Source: Vulcanimicrobiota bacterium
Lineage (GTDB): Bacteria; Vulcanimicrobiota; Vulcanimicrobiia; Vulcanimicrobiales; Vulcanimicrobiaceae
Direction of reading: 5' to 3'
Assembly (NCBI GenBank): GCA_963795855.1
Contig: CAWCIZ010000001.1
Location: 96,001 to 160,000, forward strand
Length of the DNA: 64,000 nt
Shown: positions 1 to 11,181 of the stretch, piece by piece
Numbering within the stretch: the first letter of the stretch is position 1
How the letters are laid out: each line of letters starts with the position of its first letter
Position numbers and translations under genes: made by a program
Notes under the pieces: generated by a model
Told to the model about the DNA's origin: nothing
What the model saw: only the letters and a program-made list of their open reading frames with translations
Database searches by the model: none

Positions 1-2
1 AG

Positions 3-230
3 CGCAAGTCGCGCAAGGGCCGCACCTTTTACGGCTGCGCAAACTACCCGAAATGCGATTTCGTCTCGTGGGATCGCGTCGTTCCCGAACCCTGCCCGGT
101 ATGCGGCTCGTACGTCGTCGCGAAGACGCGCCGCGGCGGCGCCGTCGCGCTCGAGTGCAGCGCCAACCGCGAACACGACGTCAGCAGCATCGCGCAAAAA
201 GGCGAGGAGCGCGAAGCGGTCGAGGTCTAG
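3..230 (+). CDS. topA: DNA topoisomerase I, C-terminal zinc-ribbon fragment (5' truncated by window edge)
   Basis: Frame 3 reads [35 protein letters not shown]...*, a Topo IA zinc-ribbon motif; lies directly upstream of trmFO. Confidence 0.92.
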   Translation, partial: RKSRKGRTFYGCANYPKCDFVSWDRVVPEPCPVCGSYVVAKTRRGGAVALECSANREHDVSSIAQKGEEREAVEV

Positions 231-233
231 CGC

Positions 234-1619
234 ATGGCAAGCTTTTGGAGCGATCGCCTGACGATCGTCGGCGGCGGTTTGGCCGGATGCGAAGCCGCAT
301 GGCAGGCGGCGCGCCTCGGCGTCGGCGTCGATCTCTTCGAAATGCGTCCGCACAAAAGCGGTCCCGCGCACGCCACCGGCAACCTCGCCGAACTCGTCTG
401 CAGTAATTCGCTGCGCGGCGCCGCGATCGAAAACGCGGTCGGGCTGCTCAAAGAAGAGCTCGCGCTGCTCGACTCCGCGATCGTACTCTCGGCGCGCGAG
501 GCGGCGGTTCCGGCCGGCGGCGCGCTCGCGGTCGATCGCGAGCGTTTCGCGCACGCCGTTCAAACGCGCATCGCTTCGCAGCCGAATATCACCGTGCATC
601 GGGAAGAAGTGCGCGAAGTTCCGATCGATCGGCCTGCGATCGTCGCCTGCGGACCGCTTCCCTCGGACGATTTGCTCGCGTCGATCGATCGCGTCATCCT
701 CGCACACCACCCCGGCGAGCAAAACCGCCTGCACTATTACGACGCAGCCTCGCCGATCGTGTCGGCCGATTCGCTCGACGAAACGCCGATGTACCGGAAA
801 TCCCGCTACGAAAAAGGCGACGGCGACGACTACCTCAACATTCCGCTCACCAAAGAACAGTATTTGCAGCTGCTGAACGACTTGCGGACGCTGCCGCGCC
901 ATCCGACGAAGGAATTCGAGGAAGCGCGGTACTTCGAAGGGTGTCTGCCCATCGAACAGATGGCCGACCGCGGCGACGACGTGCTGCGCTTCGGCCCGCT
1001 CAAGCCCGTCGGTTTGCGCGATCCGCGAACCGGAAAAACGCCGTACGCCGTCGTGCAGCTGCGCAAAGAAAACGTCGAAGGCACCGCTTGGAATCTGGTG
1101 GGTTTTCAAACGCGCATGACGTGGCCCGCGCAAAAAGAAGCATTCGCGAAATTGCCGGGCTTGCATAACGCGGAATGGCTGCGGCTCGGCGTGATGCACC
1201 GCAACACGTTCATCGATTCGCCTCGATTGCTCGACGCGCACTTGCGTCTGCGCGGCACGGCGGCTTTGTATTTCGCCGGCCAAATCACCGGTGCCGAAGG
1301 CTACGTCGAGGCGGCGGCTTGCGGCGCGATGACCGGCATTCACGCCGCGCGTCAAATCTTGGATTTGCCCAGCCTCGAATTTCCGCGGCACTCCGCTTTC
1401 GGCGCGGTGGTCGCGCACTTGCAAAACACCGCAACGCCGGACTTTCAGCCCGCGAACGTCACGTGGGCGCCGTTTCCTCCGCTCGACGAACTCACCGCGC
1501 AGGCGCTCCGGCGCGACAAGAAGGCGCGCCGCCGCGCCATGGCCGACCGCGCAGTCGCGGCAATGCGCGAATTCGCCGTAGCCGTGCGCGCCATGGAAGA
1601 ACCTGCGCTTCGACGCTGA
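234..1619 (+). CDS. trmFO: Folate/FAD-dependent tRNA (uracil-54) methyltransferase TrmFO
   Basis: GGGLAGCEAAWQ, AELVCSNSL, FEGCLPIE, GPLKPVGL, AGQITGAEGYVEAAA motifs. Confidence 0.97.
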   Translation: MASFWSDRLTIVGGGLAGCEAAWQAARLGVGVDLFEMRPHKSGPAHATGNLAELVCSNSLRGAAIENAVGLLKEELALLDSAIVLSAREAAVPAGGALAVDRERFAHAVQTRIASQPNITVHREEVREVPIDRPAIVACGPLPSDDLLASIDRVILAHHPGEQNRLHYYDAASPIVSADSLDETPMYRKSRYEKGDGDDYLNIPLTKEQYLQLLNDLRTLPRHPTKEFEEARYFEGCLPIEQMADRGDDVLRFGPLKPVGLRDPRTGKTPYAVVQLRKENVEGTAWNLVGFQTRMTWPAQKEAFAKLPGLHNAEWLRLGVMHRNTFIDSPRLLDAHLRLRGTAALYFAGQITGAEGYVEAAACGAMTGIHAARQILDLPSLEFPRHSAFGAVVAHLQNTATPDFQPANVTWAPFPPLDELTAQALRRDKKARRRAMADRAVAAMREFAVAVRAMEEPALRR

Positions 1620-1657
1620 AGTACTCGCGAGACAACTTTCTCGAGGAGCGTACGACG

Positions 1658-3225
1658 ATGCGGGTTATTGTTGCGTTCATCGCTGTGCTCGTTTTGGCGC
1701 AGCCGTTGCCGTCGGTCGCTGCGGACGTGCAGTCGCTGGTCGCGACGCACAAGTCGTTTACCGGCTGGGATTCCGGCGATGCCGCGATGGCATCGTGGCA
1801 TCTTTCCGGCACGCGCACGTCGGGGCGCGAAACCGACGCCTTCACGGAATACCGCCGCGGGCCGGCGTTTCGCGATCGCATTCAGACGCCGGCGGGTATT
1901 ACCGACGAAACCGGCTTTACCGGACGCTACGTCTGGCACGCGGACGCGAATAATTTTTGGACGCCGGTATACGGCGTGCCGGCGCAGGCTGCGCTCGCAT
2001 GGGACGTGGTTCGCAGCGAAGCCTTCACCGGATTCCCGCTGCACGTCGTCGGGACCGCGAACGCCGGAGGAACGGCGTGCGTCGTGCTTCGCGTCGAACC
2101 GAAAGGCTTGCCCATCGTCGATCTGTACGAAATCCCGCATTCCGGCGCGCTCGCGCGCGTCGTCGTCGCCCCGGGATCGGCGTCGCCGGTCACGTTCGAC
2201 GACATCGGCTATCTCACGCTTGCGTCCGGCAAGCGCATCGTCGCGAACTGGACTACGGGCAACGTGCGCTACGCGATAGCGAGCGCAACGCTCGGCAACG
2301 TCGACGACCGCGATCTCGTCAGCGAACCCTCACCGGCGACCTGGTCGTATAGCGACGCGCCCGCACCGTTGACGTTCATAACGATTACCGACAACGCGCG
2401 AATGATTCACGTCACCGCATCGGTAAACGGGCACTCCGGCGTCTTCGTGCTCGGCACGAATACGCCGTCGATTCTGCTGTTCGATCCGTTCGCATCGCAG
2501 GCCGGCGTCCGTCCGATGGGCACGAGCGACTTCTCACCCTACGTCGGGAATCTGCAGTTCGAAGGGTACGGGCACGCCGACACGCTGGCGGTGGGCAAGG
2601 CCGTCCTTCGTAACGTCGTGGTTCAGCGCGTGAACGCGCCGAACGCGAAAATCGCCGGCGTCCTCGGATACGACTTCTTCGCGCACGCAATCGTCAACGT
2701 GGACTTGGCTCGCCAGCAGCTGCAAATCGAAGATCCGCAGACGTATCAGCCGCCCATGGGACAAGGCGCGTACGCCTTTCCGCTCGATCTGACGAACCGC
2801 GTTCCGGTCATCGGCATCTCGCTGCCTTCGGGCGCAGCGGCGCATCCGTCGCTGGACAGCGATCTCAACGGGTTCATGGTGCTCTCGCAAGCGCTCTACG
2901 ACAGCCACGGCATCGGCGGAAGCCCGATCACGGATGAAACCAGCGTCATCTTTACGGGCGTCGGCGCGACGGGCGACCCGATCGCGACTCCAGTTTGAAC
3001 TACGACTACACCGCCTGGAACGGCGCAACCAGTACCGGGCAGTGCATCGACACGCCGAAGATCGACGTCGGGCCGTACACCTACGAAAATCCGCCGGTAT
3101 GCTTTGCCGGCACGAACATCTTCGGCGACGACGGCGGTTCGATCGGTCTCGACTTCCTGCGCCACTTCACCTGGAGCGTGGATTACCCGCACAGCCGGTT
3201 CGTCTTGACGCCGAACGGTCACTAA
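1658..3225 (+). CDS. Secreted retropepsin/aspartyl-protease-like protein (frameshift near 2995)
   Basis: GAGGAG RBS, signal peptide MRVIVAFIAVLVLAQ, GVLGYDFF and GSIGLDFL motifs of tandem retropepsin-like domains; continues in ORF 2995..3225. Confidence 0.65.
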
Positions 3226-3249
3226 AGAGCGGCGCGAGCCGTTCTCTCT
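3226..3249 (+). terminator. Possible intrinsic terminator
   Basis: AGAGCGGC-GCGA-GCCGTTCT hairpin followed by a pyrimidine tract, right after the stop codon. Confidence 0.4.
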
Positions 3250-3381
3250 GTATTCGAGCGCACAGTTCGCCGGTGAAGGTGCGGTGTGCGCATCGTATAA
3301 ACTTAGATGAACGGGCGGCGTCTTGAAACATGGACAAAGGTGCGAAGCCCCAACATCTGCCGTAATTGCAGTGGAGGCTCA

Positions 3382-6300
3382 ATGAGGCACGGACCAACGA
3401 GGCGGCTCGCCCTTGCGTTAGCATTGGCGGCCCTCTTTTTTACTCAAGTATCGACTGCGGCATTTGCCAGCACGGTGGGCGTTCTTAGCGGACGCGTAAC
3501 CGACGCTACCAGTAATCAGCCGCTTGCCGACGTGAAAATCAGCGCAGCGTCGCCGTCGGGTTCATACAGAACGACGACCGATGCGCACGGGTTTTATTCA
3601 CTTACCGGCATCTACGCGGACACCTACACCGTCTCGTTCCAACTGAGCGGGTATCAGGCGGAATCGACGCCCGGCGTCACGGTGTTCGCAGATCAAGTAC
3701 AAACGCTGAATCAATCGCTGTCCAAGTCTTTGAAGACGATCGCGGTTGCGCACGCGCGCAGCTCGGGCAGCGCGTTCCAGCCGACGCAGACCGTCGACAC
3801 GGTCAGCGTCAACACGCAGCAGATTCAGCAGTTCCAAGGCTCGACGTTCAATTTCGACGAGGTCAATCTCATCTCGTCGATGCCCGGCGCGGAGCTCGAC
3901 TCGTCCGGTTATCCGGTCATTCACGGCGGCCGCGAATATGAGGAAGGCTTCGAGTTCGAAGGCATCCCGTACACGGACGCCTATTCGAACCAGTTCACCA
4001 ACAGCTTGACGATTCCGACGCGCGGCGTCAGTTCCGTCCAGCTCACTCCGGGCGGCGGCGACATCACGCAGGCGTCCGGCGGATTCGGCGCGCTCAACGT
4101 CGTTGCTCGCCGCGGCACCTATCCCTCTTACGCGGAAGCCGGCCTTTCGATCGGCGGTCCCGCGTTCGATCACCGTTTCACGTTCGACTACAGCTTCGCG
4201 ACGCCGGATCAGCGCTTCTCGAACTACGCGTCGTTCATCGGCAACAACAACACCTTCGATTACGGGAACAACCAATATCCTCTGGCGCAAATCAACCAGT
4301 TCTACAGCCGGCGATTCAACGCGCAGCGCGAGTTCCTCGACAATTTCGTCTTCCGGTTCGGCTCGAACAATCACGAGTCGCTGCAATTCTTTACCGACAT
4401 CGCGATGAGCCAATTCTACGAAGGCGCGGGCGGCATGTTCGGAAACGGCAGCGCACTCTGCTACGCGAGCTGCGATCCGGAATACGACAACGTTTGGGCC
4501 GAGTATCTTCGGCATGACGCCTACGCAAGTGATGAACATGTCGGCGCTCTATCCCGGCCAATCTTCGGTCGCGGAAACGCTCGCATGCCCCACGCCGGCG
4601 GCTTTGGCGGCTCAAGGTTACACGTGCGACAACGCGACGCGTTCGCCGTTCACCTACTATCAGCCGAACCAAGCGTTCAAACTCGAATACACGAACAACT
4701 TGAACGCGTCCACGTATCTCTCGCTGACGGCATACCGCACGAACGCGGTCACGACGTTCGACGGGCCGAGCACCGAAGGCAGTTACAACGGCGATATCTA
4801 CATCACGTCGCAAGGCGGCATGACGGACGGCTTGACGCTCGCGCTGCAGAAGCAGACTCAGCGACAAGAACCTGCTTCGCGCAGGTGTCGACGTTAGCCA
4901 TCTGCATCCGGTCGATTCCTACTCGTCCGACTCGTTCGGGTTCTTGGGATCCTACCTTGGCGTGCTGAATGGGTTCGTCGATCAGTACACGCTTCCGTAT
5001 GCGTTCATTCCGCCGAGCGATCCGAATTGCCCATTGGGTCCCGGACCGGTCGGAGCGACGTGCGGATATGCCTATCAGGGCGCGAATGCCAACGCGGCGC
5101 AACTGGCGTTTCCGGGATACGATCAGGTTGCGACGTCGATAAACCGGCAAGACTACTCGCTCTATCTCAGCGACAAGTGGTCGCCGAACGACCGCTTCAA
5201 CGCGGAAGTCGGTGCACGCTTGGACATGGCGACGTACAAGGTTCCCGCACCGGGTATCGACCCAACGTACCTGCACGTCGCTCTACGCGCCGACGACATG
5301 GACGCCGCCCAGCCATGCATGGGATCCACAAGGGCTGTATGGTGCGCCGTCGTTCACGTGCGATGCCAAATCGTCGTACGACAACTTCAACAACGACACG
5401 GTGAAACCGAAGGTTCTGCAGCCGCAGATCGGTCTGTCGTACCGAATGGGCTCGAACACGTCGGTACGTCTGACGTATCGCCGCGCGGTGCAGTTCGTGC
5501 CGATCGGCTCGTGGGACTTTGGCGAGGTCGATCCGTCGCACTACATGAACGGCTACGGCGGCTTAGCGCCCTACAATCCGTTCTTTATGCCCCGCCGGGC
5601 ACGCCGCCGTCGGCACCCACGAATTGCGGATACTGGGGTACGGACGCGGCGACGGCAACCCCGCTGCAGGTTGCGTGCCGCACCTTCGGCGAGCAACTCT
5701 ACTGGATCAACCAGAACTTCGGCGGCGTCGCGTTCCAACCGGCGCGGCCCGCAACGTCGGACAATTACGAGTTCACGTTCTCGCACCAGTTCACGTCGGG
5801 GCTGCTCAACGGAATGGCTGTGAGCGTCTCGCCGTGGTATCGGAATCAGCACGACACGACCGCTTCGGAAGCATCCCCGGTGCTCCAGAACGGCGTGCCC
5901 GTGGTGATCAACGGCCAGTTCCTGTTCGGACCGCAGATCCTTACTAACAACGGTAGGGAGCATGCGACCGGCGTGGACTTCAACCTGACCAAGGAGAGCG
6001 CTTACGGTCTCAGCGGCCAGTTGACGATGTCGTACATCAACGAGTTCTCCAGCGTTATCCCGCTCAGCTCGAGCGAAGACTTCTATCCGACCATCGTGCC
6101 GGCGTCGCTTGCGCTCGGCAACGTCTACCGGGTCGGCTTCCTCTCGCCGTTCCAAGGAACGGTGGCGCTTTCGTATCGTACGCACAGCGGGTGGCGGATC
6201 AATCCGCGCTTCACGTACAACATCGGGTATCCGACCGATAACGGACTCCTGACCTCCGCCATCATCAACGGCGTGCCTGTCAACGTACCGAACACCAACG

Positions 6301-6749
6301 CCGTCGCCGGTAATGCTCCGGCGGGGCCGGCGTGTTTCATCGATCCGATGAATCCGGGCAACGTCTTCAATCCGAACCTCGTCGGCTGCCGCGGCAACGC
6401 GCAATCGGCTTCGCCGGGCGGAAAACTGTCGCCGCCGGACTCGACCACGAATCTCACGATCGAGTACAGTCCGCCGACGTCGCGCCTCACGTACGGTTTC
6501 GACGTTGAAAACCTCTTCAATGAAACCTACAGCGGCGCGCTAATCAACAGCCGCTACGAGCCGATCGCGACCGGAATCTCCGGTCCGCTCACCGGCTATT
6601 CCACCAGCGGAGTCAACTACTTGAACAATTCGACCTACCCGTCCGCATGGCCGCAGTACGGCTCGTTCATCAAGAGCAACGGCGTTTATGTGGACATTCC
6701 GAATAACGTCGGACGTTCGTTCTACTTCTACATCCAAGCGAGGCTTTAA
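3382..6749 (+). CDS. TonB-dependent receptor with N-terminal carboxypeptidase-regulatory-like domain (several frameshifts 4500-5600)
   Basis: GGAGG RBS, signal peptide, LSGRVTDA..PLADVKI domain, plug-like IHGGREYEEGFEFEGIP, C-terminal VENLFN...GRSFYFYIQARL; joined from ORFs 3307, 4514, 4944 and 5212. Confidence 0.85.
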
Positions 6750-6771
6750 CGTGCACTTCCATACTCCATAC

Positions 6772-7946
6772 ATGAAAAGGGCCGTTGGCTTCGCGCTGGC
6801 TCGCAGCGCTGCTGGCGGGATGCTCCACCAATGGAGGATCCACGCTGCCGTCCGTTTCGCACGCGGATTTGGGCGCAAACGCGTTGCAGCTCGCGGTTGG
6901 AACTGCAACGCTCCCCGACGGCACGACAGGCCTCAACGTCGTTGCGACGTTGAGGCAGGCCAACGGACTGTCGGGCGTGCTTGCAAATCAGCCGACGCTC
7001 ACATTGCCCGCAGGTATGCTGGTGCCGGCAGGCACCCCGGGCGCATATCCTGCCTCTGTGGGACCGAACGTTGACGCCGGAACGAACCATATCAGCGGCT
7101 CGCCGCAGGTCCCGCGCAACAACGCAGGTCTCGTTAACAGCACGCTGGGAACGTTTACAGGCATCTTCGTGAACGGTTTTGGGCCGTTTAACTGCGACCA
7201 AAGCCTGCAGCAGCACGGGAGCGTACTACATCGGAAATCCGAACGCATCGATCGGGAACGGCTTTAACTCGTCTATCTATGACGGCACGAATTCGTATCT
7301 CGGCGGCGCGGGGTTACCGGATCCGACGCAACCACTGCCGTTCTTCTCTGCCACGCCGATGGACTACGTCGTTGGCCCGCCGGCCGTGGCGTTTTTCCAA
7401 AACGGCAAACAATATGCCGGATTCGCGGGATACTCTCCCGGTTTCACGACTTTCGAACTGGCGCCGGCGGCGGGGCAATATAGCCTCTCCGCTCTGGTCG
7501 CGGCTTCGAATGTTGCTCCGGTTACCTATACCGCAACGGCGAACCTCACTTCGACGACACCGCTTGGGCCAACCGCGGTAACGTTCGCAAGCGATGCGAA
7601 CGGCGATGGAGGAGGCACGGGGACCGTTACGATCCCGCCGGGCGTCACGGAAGCGGAAGTCTTTATCGTCGACCTAAAGAGCTACTCGTTCTTCACGGTC
7701 AAACTAACGGGAACGGCCCCGGGCACTGCATCCTACGCATTGCCGGCAAACCTGGGTTCGTGCGGAACGAATTGCCCGCAACCAACGCTGGTTACCGGAG
7801 ATCCGCTGCTCATCGCGTCGGTTGGATACGATTATCCGGCCACCGAAGCGAGCGATCCAACCAGCACGTCGCAAAAACCAACAATCACGGGCGCGAACGG
7901 ACAGGCCGACATCACCATGTCTCCGATCGTTTCGCAGAACTACTAA
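6772..7946 (+). CDS. Lipoprotein downstream of the TonB receptor (frameshifts near 6800 and 7200)
   Basis: MKRAVGFALA/AALLAGC lipobox; G/T/P-rich beta-type sequence in ORFs 6785 and 7179. Confidence 0.7.
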
Positions 7947-7967
7947 ACGCGATTCGCGCGTAAGGTG

Positions 7968-7998
7968 AAGGGGAGCGGCGGCGCCGCTCCCCTTTTTT
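7968..7998 (+). terminator. Intrinsic terminator
   Basis: AAGGGGAGCGGC/GCCGCTCCCCTT stem followed by a T run. Confidence 0.9.
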
Positions 7999-8036
7999 AT
8001 TGGATCGTGGTAAGTCCGCCGCGAACCACGGCGAGA

Positions 8037-8366
8037 CTAACCGGCGATCTCGTCCCTTGAAATCCGCCCTGCGCGATAGTACGTCCGAGAATCGATCGCG
8101 CTCGCGCTTTGCACGATCGATACGAGGCTATCGGAGACCTCCCTGTCCCACTGCGACATGCTCCAATCATGTTGCGAAAGCCATTCGGTAATGATGAGTA
8201 TTCGCGACTGATCCTCACTCTGAAATATTTCACCCTCGATGAAACCCGGTAAATCGCCTTTGTGGTTCATCAAGGACGTAGCCGCTTTTACGAGGTTGGC
8301 GCTATCGCTCTCTGCGACGTTAATAAGAAGAACGGAAACGACGTGGTGTCCGGAGTCCCCTACCAT
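8037..8366 (-). CDS. Antibiotic biosynthesis monooxygenase (ABM)-like protein
   Basis: LPGFIEGEIFQSEDQSRILIITEWLSQHDW fits the ABM/Dabb pattern; start MVGDSGHH at 8366. Confidence 0.65.
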   Translation of the reverse strand: MVGDSGHHVVSVLLINVAESDSANLVKAATSLMNHKGDLPGFIEGEIFQSEDQSRILIITEWLSQHDWSMSQWDREVSDSLVSIVQSASAIDSRTYYRAGRISRDEIAG

Positions 8367-8379
8367 GTCACATCGCAGT

Positions 8380-8724
8380 TCAATATCTTCCGGAAACCCA
8401 ACGCTTAGCACCAACCGCCGCCGGCCGCGCCGCTTCCATCTGCAGAATGGCCGCGATGTCTCTATAAAGAACGTGCAATTCATGCGCAGCTGATACGGCA
8501 GACGTAGTAGGTATCAATCCATCTAGGGTTTCACGCAGCTCGATCTGGCGCTTTCGCAGCCATCCGCGATTATGGGGCGCGTTATATGCTGCTTGTTCTA
8601 AGCCCATCAACGCTCGTAGCGGAGCGCGCATTTGTTCGATGTCGCCTCGGGCGCGAATTGCAATAGCAGCGCGCAGAGCGACACACGCCGCTTTTAGGGA
8701 TGCAGTGTCCAAGGGATCAACCAT
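8380..8724 (-). CDS. Small helical hypothetical protein
   Basis: 114-aa ORF with AAGGA RBS upstream; lower-GC region. Confidence 0.55.
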   Translation of the reverse strand: MVDPLDTASLKAACVALRAAIAIRARGDIEQMRAPLRALMGLEQAAYNAPHNRGWLRKRQIELRETLDGLIPTTSAVSAAHELHVLYRDIAAILQMEAARPAAVGAKRWVSGRY

Positions 8725-8823
8725 AAGTCCTTATTCTGCGGGGTCGCTTTTACAGCGTTTTTCGACGCTCGCCGGCTCCAGTATCCCATAAATCGGCGAA
8801 TCTGCATAGGGCGGGCATCAGGC

Positions 8824-8840
8824 ACTGATTACGAATCAGT
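8824..8840. promoter_or_regulatory. Palindromic operator-like site
   Basis: ACTGATT-ACG-AATCAGT perfect inverted repeat in a divergent AT-rich intergenic region. Confidence 0.45.
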
Positions 8841-8991
8841 CTTCTTTAAGAGCATATATGGAGCGATTAGAATCGTTTCGGATACGCTCCACCATGCTCA
8901 AAGACCACATCCGAGATCAAATGGTTGCGCCCGTGCCGTAGGAAGCGCGTGGCGCAGGCGAAATACGCTGGAGTGGGGGGATATTTACACG

Positions 8992-9831
8992 GTGGAAAAG
9001 CAGACTCGCCCGCGCGCTGAATCGTACCAAACGCATTACCAACCAATCACGCCGCTGCGGTTAAGCGCTTCGACTCAACCCTCGAGCCCCGAAGAATCGG
9101 CTGAGGCTCGCGCCGCTGCGCGGATGCTCGTGCAAGAACTTTTCTCGGTCACGCCCGGATCGATTCCAGGCCTTGACTACAACATTACTTATCAATTGGC
9201 GCAAGGACACGCGGGCGGCGATATCGCTGACGTGTATCGTTCGCGGGATGGCACATTGGCACTTTCACTTGCGGACATTTCGGGGCGCGGATTACGCGCG
9301 GCCGTTCAAGCCTCACTAATCAAGTACGGATTACGAGCGTTTATTTCGGATGGTTCCGATCCGGCAAAAGCGGTCACGGCACTCGATCATTTATATTTCG
9401 AAACGAATGCGAGGGATTCCGAACAGTCTTTTGCTACGCTGTTTTTGGCATGCGTCGAAGCGGAGCGCCGAGTGCTGACGTACGCGTCCGCGGCGCACGA
9501 CCCGGTGTTTTTGATGCACCCCGGCGAACCGCCCATCGCATTGCCGGTGACCGGACCGCTCTTGGGAGCGTTTGAAGATAGTCTCTATCCTTTCGGGCAG
9601 CGATCCGTACGGCTACGCGCCGGGTCGGTGCTCCTTGCCGCGACCGACGGCGTCGTGGAAGCGCGGCGCGGCGTAGAATTTTTCGGCATGGAACGGCTGA
9701 CTGATTTGCTGCAGAGGTGCGCGACCTTTGACATGGAGACTCTTGCGCAGAATGTGCTCCGCGAGGTAGTGAAGTTTTGCAGCGGCCGTAACGATGACGA
9801 CATCGCCGTTTTGGCGGTCCGGTTTCTGTAG
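8992..9831 (+). CDS. SpoIIE/RsbU-family PP2C phosphatase with no obvious sensor domain
   Basis: GGDIADV, LADISGRG, TDGVVEA, DDIAVL catalytic motifs intact. Confidence 0.88.
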   Translation: MEKQTRPRAESYQTHYQPITPLRLSASTQPSSPEESAEARAAARMLVQELFSVTPGSIPGLDYNITYQLAQGHAGGDIADVYRSRDGTLALSLADISGRGLRAAVQASLIKYGLRAFISDGSDPAKAVTALDHLYFETNARDSEQSFATLFLACVEAERRVLTYASAAHDPVFLMHPGEPPIALPVTGPLLGAFEDSLYPFGQRSVRLRAGSVLLAATDGVVEARRGVEFFGMERLTDLLQRCATFDMETLAQNVLREVVKFCSGRNDDDIAVLAVRFL

Positions 9832-9844
9832 CGAGCCCTTTTAT

Positions 9845-10559
9845 TTAACGTCGAATGGCAAAGCGCATCGTCACGCTGCTGTACACCTTCACGGTGAGCA
9901 TGTCGGCCGGAGACAACTGCGGATACGATGCGCCGAACGGCCCGACGGAGTAATTGAAGCTGCACGAATCGGGGCCGCCGCTCGCGATCGAACGTTCGTC
10001 GACGGCCAGTACAGCTTCCGACCTTCGCCTCGATCTGCTTTGCGATGAATGCAGCGTTGGCGCGCGCGTCGGCAATCGCGTTCGCCTCTGCGGCGCGCTG
10101 CAGTGCGGAACAGTCGCCGGCGAGCAGCCGAATCTCGGCGCCGTTCAAAATCAGGTCCGGATTTGCTGCGAACGCGTTCGCGATCGTCAGCATGCCTTGC
10201 TGCAGCATCGCCGTCGTCGGGTGCTGCACGCTCGCGGTTATCGCGGCGTTGTTCGTTCGCGCCTGACCGACCAGATACGGCGGCAGCTGCACCGACGAAC
10301 GGTCGGCCCCGGCGCGAACGAGCGCGTCTGCAATCGGCTGCAGCGTTTGCTCCGTCAGAGTCGGAGCGTTATTTCGCGCAGAGATGCGCAACGTAATCTG
10401 CGCCTGCGACGCCTGCGCCGCTGCGTACGCGCTGCCGGTCACCGTTATGCCGTCGCCGGGTCCGGGCGGCGCCTGCGCGGGCATCGGCACTCGCGGCGCC
10501 AGGTGCGGCATCGGTATCTGCGCCACGACAAAGGCCGCAGCCAAGAATGTTCTGAACAT
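9845..10559 (-). CDS. SIMPL/DUF541-family periplasmic protein (frameshift near 10015)
   Basis: [25 protein letters not shown]-terminal VTMRFAIR; signal peptide and GGAGGG RBS. Confidence 0.7.
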
Positions 10560-10653
10560 CAACACCCTCCTTGCTCGAAGAACGTGGCTTTTCCGGATAG
10601 GTGACCGGCGCCTGTGCAACCCCGCGCCCGTCTTCGGGGTAAGGTCGAGCGAG

Positions 10654-11181
10654 ATGAGAATTCGATCCACTACCATTTTGGCCGTCCGCCGCGACGGAAA
10701 ACTGGCAATTGCGGGCGACGGGCAAGTCACCTTCGATAAAACCATCATGAAGCACGGCGCCCGTAAAGTGCGCCGCGTTGCGGGCGGAAAAGTCGTGGCC
10801 GGCTTCGCGGGTTCGGCCGCCGACGGCATGACGCTGCTCGAGAAATTCGAAGGCAAATTCAACGAGTACAAAGATATCGTGCGCGCGTCCGTGGAACTTG
10901 CGAAGGACTGGCGTCAAGATCGCGCGCTGCGCAAACTCGAAGCGCTGATGATCGTCGGCAACAACGAACACTTGCTCGTGCTCAGCGGAAACGGGGACGT
11001 CATCGAGCCGGATGAGGGCTTGGCCGCAATCGGCAGCGGCGGTCCGTACGCGCAGGCCGCGGCCGCGGCGCTGATGCGCAACACGTCGATGACCGCCGAA
11101 GAGATCGCTCGAAAAGGGCTCGAGATCGCCGCCGAGATCTGCATCTACACCAATCAGAGCATCGTGGTGGAAACGTTATGA
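10654..11181 (+). CDS. hslV: ATP-dependent protease subunit HslV
   Basis: [42 protein letters not shown]. Confidence 0.97.
   Translation: MRIRSTTILAVRRDGKLAIAGDGQVTFDKTIMKHGARKVRRVAGGKVVAGFAGSAADGMTLLEKFEGKFNEYKDIVRASVELAKDWRQDRALRKLEALMIVGNNEHLLVLSGNGDVIEPDEGLAAIGSGGPYAQAAAAALMRNTSMTAEEIARKGLEIAAEICIYTNQSIVVETL

Noticed and set aside
3250..3381. Cobalamin or TPP riboswitch upstream of the TonB receptor
   Set aside because: No conserved core motifs recognised
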